Of a DNA stretch of 64,000 bases, positions 1 to 12,282 are shown one piece after another; the stretch's first letter is position 1, and every line of letters begins with the position of its first letter. This DNA comes from Felis catus. Its lineage: Eukaryota. A model generated the notes under the pieces. That model saw only the letters and a program-made list of their open reading frames with translations, did no database searches and had not been told where the DNA came from. The translations under genes and the position numbers were made by a program. The stretch lies in assembly GCF_018350175.1 (NCBI RefSeq), contig NC_058368.1:163124001-163188000 (forward strand), given 5' to 3'.

Positions 1-34
1 TTAACTAAAATTTAAATGAAAATTTAAAAAAAAA
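1..34 (+). mobile_element. Probable extreme 3' end/A-tail of a carnivore L1 cut by the window edge
   Basis: ttaactaaaatttaaatgaaaatttaaaaaaaaa resembles the L1 terminus seen at 24220-24250. Confidence 0.3.
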
Positions 35-1469
35 GAACTAATGGTCTGAAACATTAAACAATATGCACCTCCTGAAACCCTTAGCATTCATTTCATCATG
101 CTCTAAAATGTAGGGTAGAATTTGTTTTAAACAAGGCTTTCTTGACCACGTGTAACACATTCTGATGAAGCTAAAGAAAGGGAGTATAGCATTAGATTTG
201 GGGGTTATACAAATATTAATTGCCTAGAAAATATGAGAGGAGCATCAGGGGTCTCTCAGGTGCAAAGGAGCCCGTTTCCTCTCATCATGAGCCTCCTTTC
301 CCTTTCTCTCCTCCTTCAGCCCAGACTCAGTATGCACTTGCTGCATATTGCCATCCATGAAGGACAAATGACTCACTCTTTTATACTTGTCTGTTCACTA
401 TGAATTCTGAGAAAGATCTACATTTATGCATTCATTCCATTGGGCAAGCTGAGCACATGTGCTGTTAGAAGTTGCTGCTAGCCTCTTTCCATATGGTCTT
501 GCTTACAGACTTCAAAACTGAATAGACTGAGACAGAAACTACTCAACATTTGAATATCAGATCATGATGCTTGTCTAGGGAGCCCCATTGAGGGTTATGG
601 TGAAGCCACTGATTCCAAATATAGCATTATTTTTCATTTGGCTTTCATGCATACCCTTAGCTTAGCCCCCAAGAACTGTTTTACAAGCTGTTACAAACAT
701 GGTAACCAGAGCCCAGGCTGTAGGAAAAAGAATGCTAACCATGTGGTGATTCTGCGGCACAATTTTGCAATCTTCAAATCGCAATAAATAGGGTTGCTTC
801 CTTCCTATTAAGCATTCGTGACTTTGCTGGGAACCAAAAGACAGATGGACAGAAATGTAAGAAGCAATGTAGTCAATGAATAAATGGAATGGCATCAAAA
901 CGTGTGCTAGAATTTTGCTTGTGAAGAACATTTAGATGAAGTACTTACAATGTCACAAAAATAATGCCCCCCAATTTAAAAAAAAATCACAGTTCAAAAA
1001 ACTATAGCAACCTGTCAATGAAAGAAATACCAAGCAGATGTTTTCCTTATTTCCAAATATATTTAGAATTCTGAGGGAAAACCACAAAGGGTGTTTTTAT
1101 TATGCACCTGTCGTGGTCAACATCTGGCACTAGCTCTCGCCAATCCATCAACCCTGCAATGTTGTGTCTCCTTCCAGCTCACAGGGAGACTGTAAATAAA
1201 CTCACAGTGCAGAGTACGGCTTTTCCTTTTCCCTTTTCTTTATTTCTCCTTTCTTTTTCTTTTTCTTGTCGTTATTTGTGTGTCTGTGTGTTTGTTTTTC
1301 ATAGCAAGAAGGGAGCAGCACAGAAAACAGAAAAAGTCTATTTGTGCCATCTATAAACTGTATAGTATACAGGCCTCCTAAAGAAGGAATTACAAATGTA
1401 GTAGGATGAGAGAATTTAAATTCTTTTTAAGAAAAAAAGGAGTTGTCTGGTATCTGCCAATCTTCTATT

Positions 1470-1600
1470 CTTTCGTTCATTTAACAACTACTTTTCACTA
1501 CTCGGACATAGTACGTAACACAGTGCATTAAGGCCAAATTAAAAATACACTTGCACAATGAAAAGTCCTTGCTCTCATGCAAGACAGGCCATACACTCAA
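1470..1600 (-). mobile_element. L2 LINE 3'-end fragment
   Basis: ttcgttcatttaacaactact...gtccttgctctcatg resembles antisense L2 3' terminus. Confidence 0.45.
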
Positions 1601-2024
1601 AGAACTATTATAAAAGTCTGTAAGTGAGGGGTCAAGACCTAATGCTGATCTTATTTACGAGACTTTTATTTATGTAAACTGGGAGGAACATTTTCAGGCC
1701 CTGGCACAGGAAACAGGAGAAAACTTTCTATCAGTTATTTCATGAAAAGAGAGAGAGAGAGATCAAATTCCATTACGAAGAGCATAGTTACCATCTAAAT
1801 TATTTTGTTATTTTTAGATTTTGGATAAGTGGGTCATTGACTAAAGATTGGAAGTTTGTTTTTGTAAAAGAAGTATTTTATTCATCACTTGTTATGCTGG
1901 ATTTTTTTTGCATAACAGATTCTTTTGAGCCACTTTTTTTTCTTGTCTAAAAATCTTACTGGAAATGTCAGGTAGGTAAACAGACAAGACTTGCATTAAT
2001 CATGTTCCCATTTAGGGGAACTTA

Positions 2025-2027
<3 letters not shown>

Positions 2028-2071
<44 letters not shown>

Positions 2072-2073
2072 AC
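2028..2073. repeat. (CA)n microsatellite
   Basis: directly visible, one interruption. Confidence 0.97.
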
Positions 2074-2111
2074 TTGTACAATTGTAGCTAGAAGTTCACG
2101 GTGTGCTTTAA

Positions 2112-2625
2112 GACTCTTGATTTCAAGTGAGGAAACTCAGTTTGAACTAAGAAATAGAGACACCATTAATTCATAACAAAGGAATGGGTAAGAGTGGCTG
2201 GAACAAGGGACTCATACATCTTCAGGACTCTTGCTTTCAGGTTTCTGCTTCTTTCTGTATGTTATTCACTGCTCAATTTCTCCCAGACAGGCAGCTCTCC
2301 ATGCTGTGAGAGATTTGAATGTGTTGCCAATAGCATCTGTGTTCAAATCATCCCAGATTCACCATCAGAAAGAAGAAATTCTTTTCTACTATTCTTGACT
2401 CTTTCTTATGCCAATCTTAGTCTGAAACCTCTCTAAAATGGACAATGGTAGTAGATGTCCATTTGGAATCACCACTAAAGCCAGTGAGGTAGTATCAGGT
2501 AGGAAGAAAGGAAGCTCCAATTCAACCATGTGGAGTAGCTGGGTGGGGGGCATGGGGAGGAGAAGGAGAGAAGTTCTACAAAGGTAGGAAGGGCCAGTCC
2601 TCCAAAGAGAGGAATGCTAGACATA
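2112..2625 (-). mobile_element. Old MaLR LTR (MLT1J/K-like)
   Basis: ttcaagtgaggaaactcagtttgaac...ggctggaacaagggactc...tctgcttctttctgtatgtt resembles antisense MLT1J/K. Confidence 0.5.
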
Positions 2626-3862
2626 GAAGTTTAATGACCTCAAATGTGGTTTAAATATCTTCAAATGTTTGATGCCATTGTGATTGTTTTTGTCAAAGCT
2701 TTATAGTTTCTGTGAAGGGTATATGTTCATTTGTTATTGATAAAGGAGTTCTAATCTTGTTTCGCAATTCAAATACAAAGTATATTACTTGTGATTGAAA
2801 ATAATGGAATTATATCTGGGGGTATTATTTGATTCTTTGTATTTTATTATATTTTTACAATTATTTAACCTCAACAAAGGTGTTATAATACTTCGCTATT
2901 GCAGTGATAGTTGTAAAATCACACAAAAAAATATGTGCTTATAATGCCATAATTAGAAGCAACATATTAGAGATTTGGCCATTTCTAGTACAGCCTATTT
3001 CTTTAAACATTTAGAGTCAACATAGATTTTTTTAAGTGCCTCTAATAAATTTAGACAGATCTCTTCTTATAAAGCAATTTATTTCTATATTGTTACAAAC
3101 AAAATGTCTTGTTCAAACTAACTTACTTCAATGGTTTAGGGGGGAAAACGTACTTGTAGATAATTTTAGCCTTCTCAATGGCAATTTCTATTCAAGTTCA
3201 AATTGGAATTGACTCAAATGAGTGAAAATCAGTTCCATTATTTTCATTTTCTACAATGCCCTTCACTTCCATTTTTTTAATGCCATGAGCTAGTCATTTC
3301 TTATTTTCTTCACTTTTCTTCCAAGTAGATTCATATGCATAGCTTCTAATTTCCCAGATCTGCCATTTTAATTTCTTAAGGCATAGATTAGATTTCTAAT
3401 TTTGAACCTTGTAGCACAAAAACGTAGAATGGGTCAGACAGCTGAATGTAATTAAGATTGATTGGCCAATTCAACAATAAAAACAACTAGCCAGATAAGG
3501 GGTTAGTGTTTGTGCCAAGCAAGTAAAAAAGAATCAAATTACCTAATCGCTGGAATGAAACGCTTGTATTTTGAAAGAATAAAGACTGGTGATAAAATAA
3601 CTTGAAAGTGCACTATATGTACTACAATGTACTCTCTTTGGGCCAAATATAATATGCCTGCTAGGAAGATCCGTGGAGATGTGTTCAACCACAAACAATA
3701 AACTGAAACTTGTTCCATATTGGTGGGCGACCATAAGATATTTCCGTGTAACCACAGAGCCCCTGGGTCTCAGAATGGTGTATAGCAGAGTTTTCATGAA
3801 CCCTTCAGGCACTATTCTGTAAAATCCAGTGTGCACAGTACTAAAAGTCATATGATCATTTT

Positions 3863-4067
3863 TTTTTAATTTAAAGTGTACTTATTTATTCTGAGACAGA
3901 GAAAGCACGGGTCAGGGAGGGGTGGAGAGAGAGAGAGAGAGAGGAAATCTCAAGCAGGCTCTGCACTGTCAACACAAAGCCTGACACAGGGCTCAAACCC
4001 ACAAACAATGAGATCATGACCCGAACCTCAGTCAGAAGCTTAACCAACTGAGCCACCCAGGCACCCC
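3863..4067 (-). mobile_element. SINEC (CAN-SINE)
   Basis: antisense tRNA-derived head (gagccacccaggcacccc), (GA)n, T-tail; TSD cat(a/g)tgatcatttt at 3849-3862 and 4068-4081. Confidence 0.95.
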
Positions 4068-4279
4068 CATGTGATCATTTTAGATGTCACACACAACACT
4101 TTCCTTTTCCTTTTACTCAACTTTTAATACATTGACTTTAATATAAACATTAGAATTATATATTAGATAAAATACAATATCACACCCACATTTTAATGCC
4201 TAGTTTGTTAAGACTAAGATTGAAGTTGAGATTTAAGATTAAAAAAAGATCAATTTGAAGAAACATATCCAGTATTCAG

Positions 4280-4830
4280 TTGCTCATTCTGCAAGTATTA
4301 AGCAGGTAGCCAGTGTTGACCTTGTTGAGAAGGTGAGATCTGAGCCAACTTGGAAAAGGTGAAGGAGGGAGCCAAGTTGATATCTGGGGTAGTGTTCCTT
4401 GCAGAGGGAAGTTAGAACAGAAGCCCTAGAGTAGAAGTGGCCCGTGTGTGGGAGGAATAGTAAGGAGGCCAGTGTGGCCAGAGAAGAGAAAGAGAGGGGG
4501 CCAACAGATTATGGGGATCCAGACCACGTAGTGCATTCTAGGTGGATGACTGTAGAACTATCATACAATCTGGGATGCTCACTAAAGTAAAGAATATGTA
4601 TTTGTTTAGTAGTTACATCAAAACAGCATGTGTAAATTGGAGCTATCCCAGGAAAACTGAAACATAGGGTCACTCAACTCATACAACAATGTAAAGACTT
4701 TGGCTTTTACTCTGAGCAAAATGGAGAGCCATCGCAGATATTTTTAAAGGATTGTTCTTGCTGCTATGTTGAGACTAGACTGTAGCAGGGTGGGTGTAAA
4801 ACCAGACAATAGGTGATAACTGAGGTGATA
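4280..4830 (-). mobile_element. L2 LINE fragment, interrupted by a MER94-like element
   Basis: gagaaggtgagatctgagc...aaggaggccagtgtggc...aaagactttggcttttactctgag are L2 antisense motifs. Confidence 0.75.
4543..4678. mobile_element. MER94-like hAT-Blackjack MITE
   Basis: ~135 bp insert ending ...gctatcccaggaaaactgaaacatagggtcactc; L2 resumes after it. Confidence 0.55.
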
Positions 4831-5545
4831 CAATCATATGACCAAGTCTAGAAAGTACTGTTCTAGCACATATGGCACTGTTAATCCTCCTGATCCAGGA
4901 TAATTCTGTCAGGTCCCTAGAAGAGGTGATGTCAGGACATGCCTAAAGAGTTTGTACCACATCCCAAGAGATTAACACTTATTTTCTATAGCACTGAGCT
5001 AGGTACTAGAAATATAATATTGAAACCATACACCTAGACACAAGAAATTTGATTGGAGAGATAGAAAACAAATTTATGTGACAAATAAAAAACCTTCAAA
5101 GATTGTGAATTGGGAATACTAGCAGCCTGATGAAGTTATTCTCCTGATGTTAGAGGAGAAACAAGAAAAGACATTCTAGGCAGACTCCAGCAGGTGAGTT
5201 CAAAGAACTCATATCTCATTTTTTCTTCTGAAACTTCTGACAAACCCCCAAAAAGAGTGTGCTTAGGTTTAAACCTAGAAAACTCTTCCTGGTGATTCTA
5301 ATATTAGTGCTTAAGTTGAGAACCATTCACCATAGTGAAAGTACACTGGATTACGGGATATTCTTTTGGGACTTGTTTTCCTCATTTCAGAATTAAAAAC
5401 AGTGTACAGTCACACCCCATGGTGAGGTGCTAAAGATAGAAAAACTTGGAAGAGACTAGACAAAAACATGGGTTGAGTCAAGTTTTCATTTGTATAAGGA
5501 AATGCAACTAGATAGAGACAGACAGATAGATGGAAATGATAGATA

Positions 5546-5877
5546 GAGGTGATCCCTGAAGAGCACAGATTTGAACTGTGTAGATACACTTAAATGTAGA
5601 GTTTTTTCAATAAATATATGTAAAGTACTATAAATATATTTCTTCATCCTTGTGATTTGTTTAATAAGATTTTCTTTTTCTCTAGCTTCCTGTAAGAATG
5701 CAGCATGTAATACATATAACATACAAAACATGTGTTAGCTGTCTATGCTATTGGTAAGGCTTCCACTCAATAGTAGGCTATTAATAGTTAAATTTTAGGG
5801 GGAGTCAAAAGTTATATGTGGATTTTCAACTGCACTGGGTTGACACCCCTAAGCCCCACATTGTTCAGTGTCAACTG
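5546..5877. mobile_element. Tigger2a-like TcMar-Tigger non-autonomous element
   Basis: degenerate TIRs gaggtgatccctgaa / ttcagtgtcaactg; internal ggggagtcaaaagttatatgtggattttcaactgc. Confidence 0.8.
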
Positions 5878-5881
5878 TGTA

Positions 5882-6239
5882 TGTATTAGTCTGTCTGGCC
5901 ATAAGAGGATACCACAAACTGGGTGCCTTGAACATTTATATCCTTACAGTTCTGGAGGCCAAAAGAGCACAATCAAAGTGGCTTCAGAGCTGATTTCTGC
6001 TAAGAACTCATCTCCTGGCTGTTCTCACATGGCATCTTCTCTGTATGTATAGACATAGAGAGAGAGATCTCTGGAGTCTCTTCCTCTTATAGGGACACCA
6101 GTCTTTCAGATTAAAGCCCCACCCTTATGACCTCACTTAACCTTAATTACCCCCTCTAAAGTCCCTATCTTCAATACAGTCGCTGAAGATTAGGGCTTCA
6201 GCACATAAATTTTGAGGGGACAAAATGAAGTCAGTAGCA
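5882..6239 (-). mobile_element. MaLR LTR (MLT1A/B-like)
   Basis: tgtattagtc...ataccacaaactgggtgcctt...acagttctggaggc...cccacccttatgacctcacttaaccttaattac. Confidence 0.8.
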
Positions 6240-6331
6240 GTATACAGTAAAACCTCGGTTTGAGAGCATAAATTCCATTCTGGAAACATGCTTGTAATCC
6301 AAAGCACTTGTATATCAAAAGAATTTCCCCA

Positions 6332-6550
6332 GGGGTACCTGAGTGGCTCAGTCAGTTAAGCATCTGACTTTGGCTCAGGTCATGATCTCACGGTTTGTGA
6401 GTTCAAGCCCCACGTCAGGCTCTCTGCTGACAGCTCGGAGCCTGGAGCCTGCTTCTGATTCTCTGTCTCCCTCTCTCTCTGCCCCTCCCTGCTCGCTCGC
6501 TCTCTCTCTCACACACACAAGAATAAATTAACATTAACAAAATTTTTAAA
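6332..6550 (+). mobile_element. SINEC nested in the Tigger-type element
   Basis: head ggggtacctgagtggctcag; TSD aaaagaatttcccca at 6317-6331 and 6551-6565. Confidence 0.95.
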
Positions 6551-6937
6551 AAAAGAATTTCCCCAGAAGAAATAATGGAAACTCAAATGATTCATTCCAC
6601 AACCCAAAAATATTCATACAAAAATGATTACACTACTGTAATATAATACAAAATAATAAAGAAAATACAAAATATTTTTAAAAGTAAACAAATTAACCTG
6701 CACTTACCTCTGAAAACCTTCATGGCTGATGTGAGGGAGACAAGAGAGAGGAGGGTTATTTTGTAGGACGACTTTCACTATCACTAACGGAATCACTGCT
6801 ACCTATTGGCTTAAATGAATATTTTTCTTTTCTTGCAACTTTAACAAAGAACCTATCCAATGGCACTTGCTTTTGCCTCTTTTTGAGGATTTTGAGGAAA
6901 TGTGACATTGCACTGATGATCACCCACAATCCCGCAG

Positions 6938-6939
<2 letters not shown>

Positions 6940-6978
<39 letters not shown>
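6940..6978. repeat. (GA)n microsatellite
   Basis: directly visible. Confidence 0.95.
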
Positions 6979-6981
<3 letters not shown>

Positions 6982-7999
6982 AGTGGCTCAGATATGATCA
7001 TGTGACATTTTGTGTCACATACGACTCATATTGCAAAACATCATTCATTTATCAAGTTAAAATTTATTAGAAATGTTTGCTTCTCTTGCAGAACACTCTC
7101 AGGAAAAAGTTACAATCTGTATATCTATAAATGTCTATGTATCTATATTTATATATGAATCTAAATATGTCTGTCTGTCTATCTATCTATCTATCTATCC
7201 ATCTACTAAACTGTTGGCTACAGGTAACTCAGTAGGGGATAAGTACTTTGAATTGCTAGGTCCAAGCTAATTGTTGCAACTCTTCTGATAAACAGCAGGC
7301 CCGTCACTTTGAGAAGGAATTGATTTCACTTTGACTACATTTAATTAACTCAGAAGCAAAAGAAATATATCATTTGTGTATATCTTTTGTCCAAGAGCTG
7401 ATTCGAAATAAGAGCTCTGACTCAAAATGGTTGCCACATTACATAGCTTGATTATACCTCAGGAGGTAGATACAGGCAAAAACCCTTGTCTGTCTCAGAG
7501 TCCTTACCATTTCCAGACAAGTGTATAATGACTAACAAATGCACCAGTAGGAATTCTTGGTAGAAGTAAACGTGCCTCTTCTCAACTTCCTCTAGCACAA
7601 GATGATAATTTCAGTGACCTCTGTCCTATTCACCAAACCTGTTTCCCAATTGTTATGCTATATGATTGTACAGGTTCATCACCTTTTCCCCAATTTGGGC
7701 TTTAGCTCTTGCTTTAATTAGCTTATGTTTTAGTAGAATGAACTGAACTTGACACCTTTAAGCTCTCACTTTAAATTGATCTAAACTCTTTTGTATTATA
7801 CATGCTGTTCCTTTTTATTTCTTCCAACTGAATCTTACAAATTGAATATCATCTGCATACTTGAAAGAAGAATTTCATGTCCTCTCTCTGCAGCTCTCCT
7901 GTCTTGTGGATAATAGTAATTCTAAAATGGGTTTGTGATAAATCTTCTCTGAAAGGAATTTAGGGAATATGCAAGTAGGAATGCACATTAAATGTAAAA

Positions 8000-8110
8000 T
8001 GTAAACTCTTCATTTTACAGAGGAGGAAAATGTGGTCTATAGAGATTCCATGATCTGCTTAGAATTACTCAATGTCAAAGCAAAACCTAGAACCCAGAGA
8101 ACTTAATTCC
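8000..8110 (-). mobile_element. MIR fragment
   Basis: cattttacagaggaggaaaatgtgg core motif. Confidence 0.6.
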
Positions 8111-8606
8111 AAATAAAAACAATGTACTAAGAAAAGGATCTTACTGAAATGTTTTAAGAGATAATTACTCATTTTCTGAATTAGAAATCTAGACACCAAT
8201 GTCCCCATTAATAGATTACCACTGGGAAATTCTATCTTCTTTTGTTATATGTTTATTTTATATGCAAAATAAAAGAGGTACTCTTGTCAAACACCTTAAG
8301 GGGATATATAAATTCACACTACAAATATTAGGAACCAGCAATAGTCACAAATGATATTCTGTGATGTTCTTTGATATGCATCTCCCAGAAGCAGAATTGA
8401 CAGGCACAATCTTCATGTTACATTTTTAAAAATGGAATGCACTGCCAAACATATAGAAAGCCATTCAGGCAAAGAGCAGTGTAGAACAAGCCAAGAGGTG
8501 ATATCCTGGGCAAATAAAAGTCAGTTCTCAAATAAATATGTCTAGAAATGGAAATTTCAGTTTATGTCTTCAGTTGTATAATCTGATTATTGTAATAGGT
8601 AACATA

Positions 8607-8634
8607 ATGATGATGATGATGATGATGATGATGA
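8607..8634. repeat. (ATG)n microsatellite
   Basis: directly visible. Confidence 0.95.
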
Positions 8635-8654
8635 CGACGGTGGAGACGACAACA

Positions 8655-8760
8655 GTTAACATTAACATGGTACAACATGCCAGGCACCTTTTCAAGCATT
8701 TTACATTTATTTGATCCTCAGAAAAGTCATATAAAATAGGTACTATTATTACCCTTTTTA
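8655..8760 (-). mobile_element. MIR fragment
   Basis: atgccaggcacc...gcattttacatttatttgatcctca...aggtactattattaccc. Confidence 0.6.
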
Positions 8761-8874
8761 AAACTTCTTTTATAAAAAGCATAGGTGTGTGTGGAAGATA
8801 GAATTTGATAAGATCAATGGAAAAGAGAAAGGCTAAGAGAGTAGCCTTGATGAGGAAGCCTATGTTTGGTATAT

Positions 8875-9375
8875 TAAGAGCAGGGATTCTTCTGTCTACT
8901 TGAGAAGAAAATCCAGCTCACAGTGGCTTAATTAAAATGGATATGTATTGGCTTGCATAAGCCAAAGGCTGGTTCTAGGGGTCAAATGGTGTCCTCAGCA
9001 CTTGGTTTCTTTCCATCTTTTGCGTCTGCTTTGTTCTGTGATGGCTTCATTCAGGTCAGTTCTTCCTGGAGGGCTAGAGAGTAATAACCACAGCTCCAGG
9101 CTTAGATCTCATCACTTTAGCAATCCCACCAAAACTAGAACTTTTCCATTCCAATCATCAAAGCCATATTACTATACTGGAGTTTCATTGGACTGACACC
9201 CATCAAATTGGGCCTATGCCCATCACTGTGGCCATGGAGCTAGAATATGATTCAACCAGAACTAGGCCATATGCCTATTCCTATGCTAATCATCCTCCAA
9301 AAAAAAATCAGTTTTTGTTATTAGATGAAGGGAAAATGACACCAGGAAAGCAAAAGTCAAAGCTGTCTACCAAAG
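8875..9375 (-). mobile_element. Old MaLR LTR (MLT1J/K-like)
   Basis: aaatccagctcacagtggcttaa...tattggcttgcataa...tctgctttgttctgtgatggcttcattc. Confidence 0.6.
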
Positions 9376-9729
9376 CATAGAAATAAGTGCATAAACATAC
9401 AGGGCAAGACAGAAATCATAAAATAGTGGTGAAGGGAGTTAAGGTAAGACAGTTCCTTTAGGAGGGGAAGAAATCATACGGACAGAAAAGAAAACGTTAG
9501 AATGGGATATAAAAGTGTTCTTGTCATTACACAAGTAAAATAAAATCACAATGGGGTTTAACTTTTATTATGACTTTTATTCTGCATTGGGTCTTGCTGT
9601 AATTCCCAGGCTCTATGAAAAGTAAAAGACTACATTCAGCTGGGTTCTGCATTAAATAACCTAAGAGCATATAGCATCAGCTCCCAAATTTAACCCAATG
9701 CAACAATCAAGCTGTTGTGAAGCTCTGGA

Positions 9730-10710
9730 TTAAGCAGTAAGTGACTGATGAAAAAGACCGACTTATAACCAACTACAACTCAAAACAGACCATGGTAAGT
9801 ACTATAACAGAAATGCTGACAGTTATTTAGTGGGGGGTGGGAATCTGGAAGAGGTTATTAGAGAGAGACAGAAGGTCACAGAAGAAAGCATCATGGAAGA
9901 AGTGGCATCTCCAGTAGGCCTTGAAAGATGAGAAGAACCGTGACATGAGAAATTATGGGGACAGTATTTAATGGTAAGAAGTGAAAGAAAGTAGCATCTA
10001 GTGATGTGAAAGCAGAAGTCTTGAAAGAATTCTAAAAATAAGATAAGGTTATAAATGTAGCTGGTGAACAGAGTATGGATGGCATATGGGGGGATTAAAA
10101 TTCTTCAGGCAAAGAGGGACAATTGAAGAAGACCTTCAAGTATCAGCAGAGTGTCATTAGTTGTGTAGTGCTAATAGAATTGTCCTACAGAAAGAATATT
10201 CTGGGGGCACCTGCGTGACTCAGTCGGTTAACTATCTGACTCTTGGTTTCGCTCAGGTCATGATCTCCCAGTTTCTGGGTTTGAGCCCCGTGCTGGACTC
10301 TGTGCTGACAGTGCGGAGCCTGCTCGGATTCTCTCTTTCTACCTCTCTCTCTGCCCCTCCCCTTCTCGTGCCCTCTCTCAAAATAAGTAAATAAACTTGA
10401 AAAAAAAAAAAAAACCATTCTGGTGGTAGAAGACAGATTGGCGGAAACAAGCCCAAGGCAAGGAATCCCACTGGGAGTTTATGGCAAAATTTTGAATGGA
10501 AGAATAGTGGAGATGAAAGAAGTAACAAAGGGAAGAAAGGAGAACATAAAGCAAGAAATAGTTTGGAGTAGAATTCATAGAACTTGTCAATAATTAGTTG
10601 TGAGAATTGAAAGAAGAGATGAAAAACAATTTCAAGACTGGGAGCTTAGGAGAATGGTGAAATGGTGATGCCATTAATGAAGCTAGATGTCACAGAAGGG
10701 AGGCTGGTTT
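9730..10710 (-). mobile_element. L2 LINE fragment split by a SINEC
   Basis: purine-rich L2 antisense motifs (catggaagaagtggcatct, ggccttgaaagatgag, tggtgatgccattaatga). Confidence 0.6.
10204..10414 (+). mobile_element. SINEC
   Basis: head ggggcacctgcgtgactcagtcgg, CT tract, A-tail; short TSD attctgg. Confidence 0.95.
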
Positions 10711-11600
10711 GTATGTCTTATTTGTCCAAATTAGTAGAGTGGGGCAGGGCGTGCATGGGGAAAGAGTGAAGAATGACCTCACAGCAAAAAAGAAACAAAT
10801 GCATGATTGGAAACATTGTATGATGCAGGTGAAGAAGACCACCTTTCACAGGTTGTGACTGTTAAGCTATAATTTTAAGTATATTTAGACTTTTTAAAAT
10901 GTTACTTATGTTCTCTAGCTACTAACTCTGAATCAGATTCATATAAAATGAAAGCTTAAAAAATACCAGCTAAATCGATTTTCATTTCCCTGACTGCACC
11001 TTACTAATAATCCTGAACCCTTGTCATCTAGACTTGCTGCTTTCTTCATTAAGTAAGCCTAAACTTTTAAGAAGGAATTCTTTAATCTGTACAAACTTTA
11101 GTTCATTTCCTGTCATTTTCAGAGAACTGATTCTTGTCTTGTGCAGTCTCCAGGTTCTTTTCTCTAAAGATAGTGGAGAAGTAAATATTTAGTGAATATG
11201 CCCTTATCCTCTGACACAAGCTCTCTAGTCTGCTTTTAAAACACCCTGCAATTTCTTTCATCTTAAAACTAGCCAGGGGGAGAGGAAGAAGTTGGAGGTG
11301 ATTGCTTGAAATCAAACATCATTTTTTGAAAAATGTCAAGCACTTGTTTTGAGTGAGATTCTAGGTGGACAGGGAAGGGAAGCAAATAACCTGACAATAG
11401 CACTTGTAAGGGATGGTTTCAGTGATTATAATGCCCAAGCAAATCTTTTTCCTCTGGCCTCTGTCTTCTCAGATCAGAAGTATTCCGTGAAGAATTCACC
11501 CCAGATTTAACATGATAAACAACATGCACTGAGATAACAATGCATCAGGGAACCCAAAGTGACTTTTGGTTAACTATCAAAGCTAAAAATACTTATTACA

Positions 11601-11799
11601 GCTGCAACTCCCTTCCTCTTGTCCAAGATGTTGGGGTATTAACTGAAGACTCAGCGAACGGGAGCACGGCAGCGGCAAAGACAAGCCAACCGTGAAAGGA
11701 AGAAAGAGAACTCGGACTGAAGGGGAAGATGGGATAAAGGGTCAAATAAAGCTGAATGTTGCCCTTAAAGATAAAGTGGTCACATTAAAAAAGAAAAAG
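11601..11799 (+). pseudogene. Candidate short retrocopy (5'-truncated processed pseudogene fragment), parent gene unknown
   Basis: TSD aaat(a/g)cttattaca at 11587-11600 and 11800-11813; A-rich tail 11787-11800; AATAAA 11745-11750; CpG-rich core unlike any repeat I recognise. Confidence 0.6.
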
Positions 11800-12282
11800 A
11801 AATGCTTATTACACAGGTAGCAGATTTGCCTTCCCCGCTGCCTCTTCCTTCTTTATTATTGTTCACGAAGCTCTATTTTTTCCCACCTCTCCTCAGATGA
11901 CTTAAAATTAAGTCCTAATGAAGTTTACCAATGCCAAGAAAAATAAATCCCATTGTTCATACCAGTGATGGGCTGAAAAATTAATGTATTATATAATTCT
12001 GGCCAATCGGATGAAAATAAAGATCTGCTGACTGGCTTCTGGTGAAGTTCCCTTGGTGCTGCGAAGAGGAACACACAAAAGGATGTCCATTACCCTGCTC
12101 CCCATATTCTTTCAGATGGTGTCAAGTGTGAGTGTGGTAACACCTAGAACTTGAGCAGCAACCATCTGGCTACCATGACTGGTGCTAGTCAAAGACAGAG
12201 TCAGATGGCAGGGCAGACACCAGGAGAGCTTGGGTTCTAGGGGATTTCATTTAACTGCTGAATTAACCAATCTGGAAGCCAC

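Larger units (their letters stand above)
6245..7119 (-). mobile_element. Tigger/pogo-type DNA transposon deletion derivative with transposase C-terminal remnant
   Basis: TA|cagtaaaacctcggtttg left end, eroded right end caatctg|TA; minus frame reads SAMSHFLKILKKRQKQVPLDRFFVK, typical of pogo/Tigger C-termini. Confidence 0.75.
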
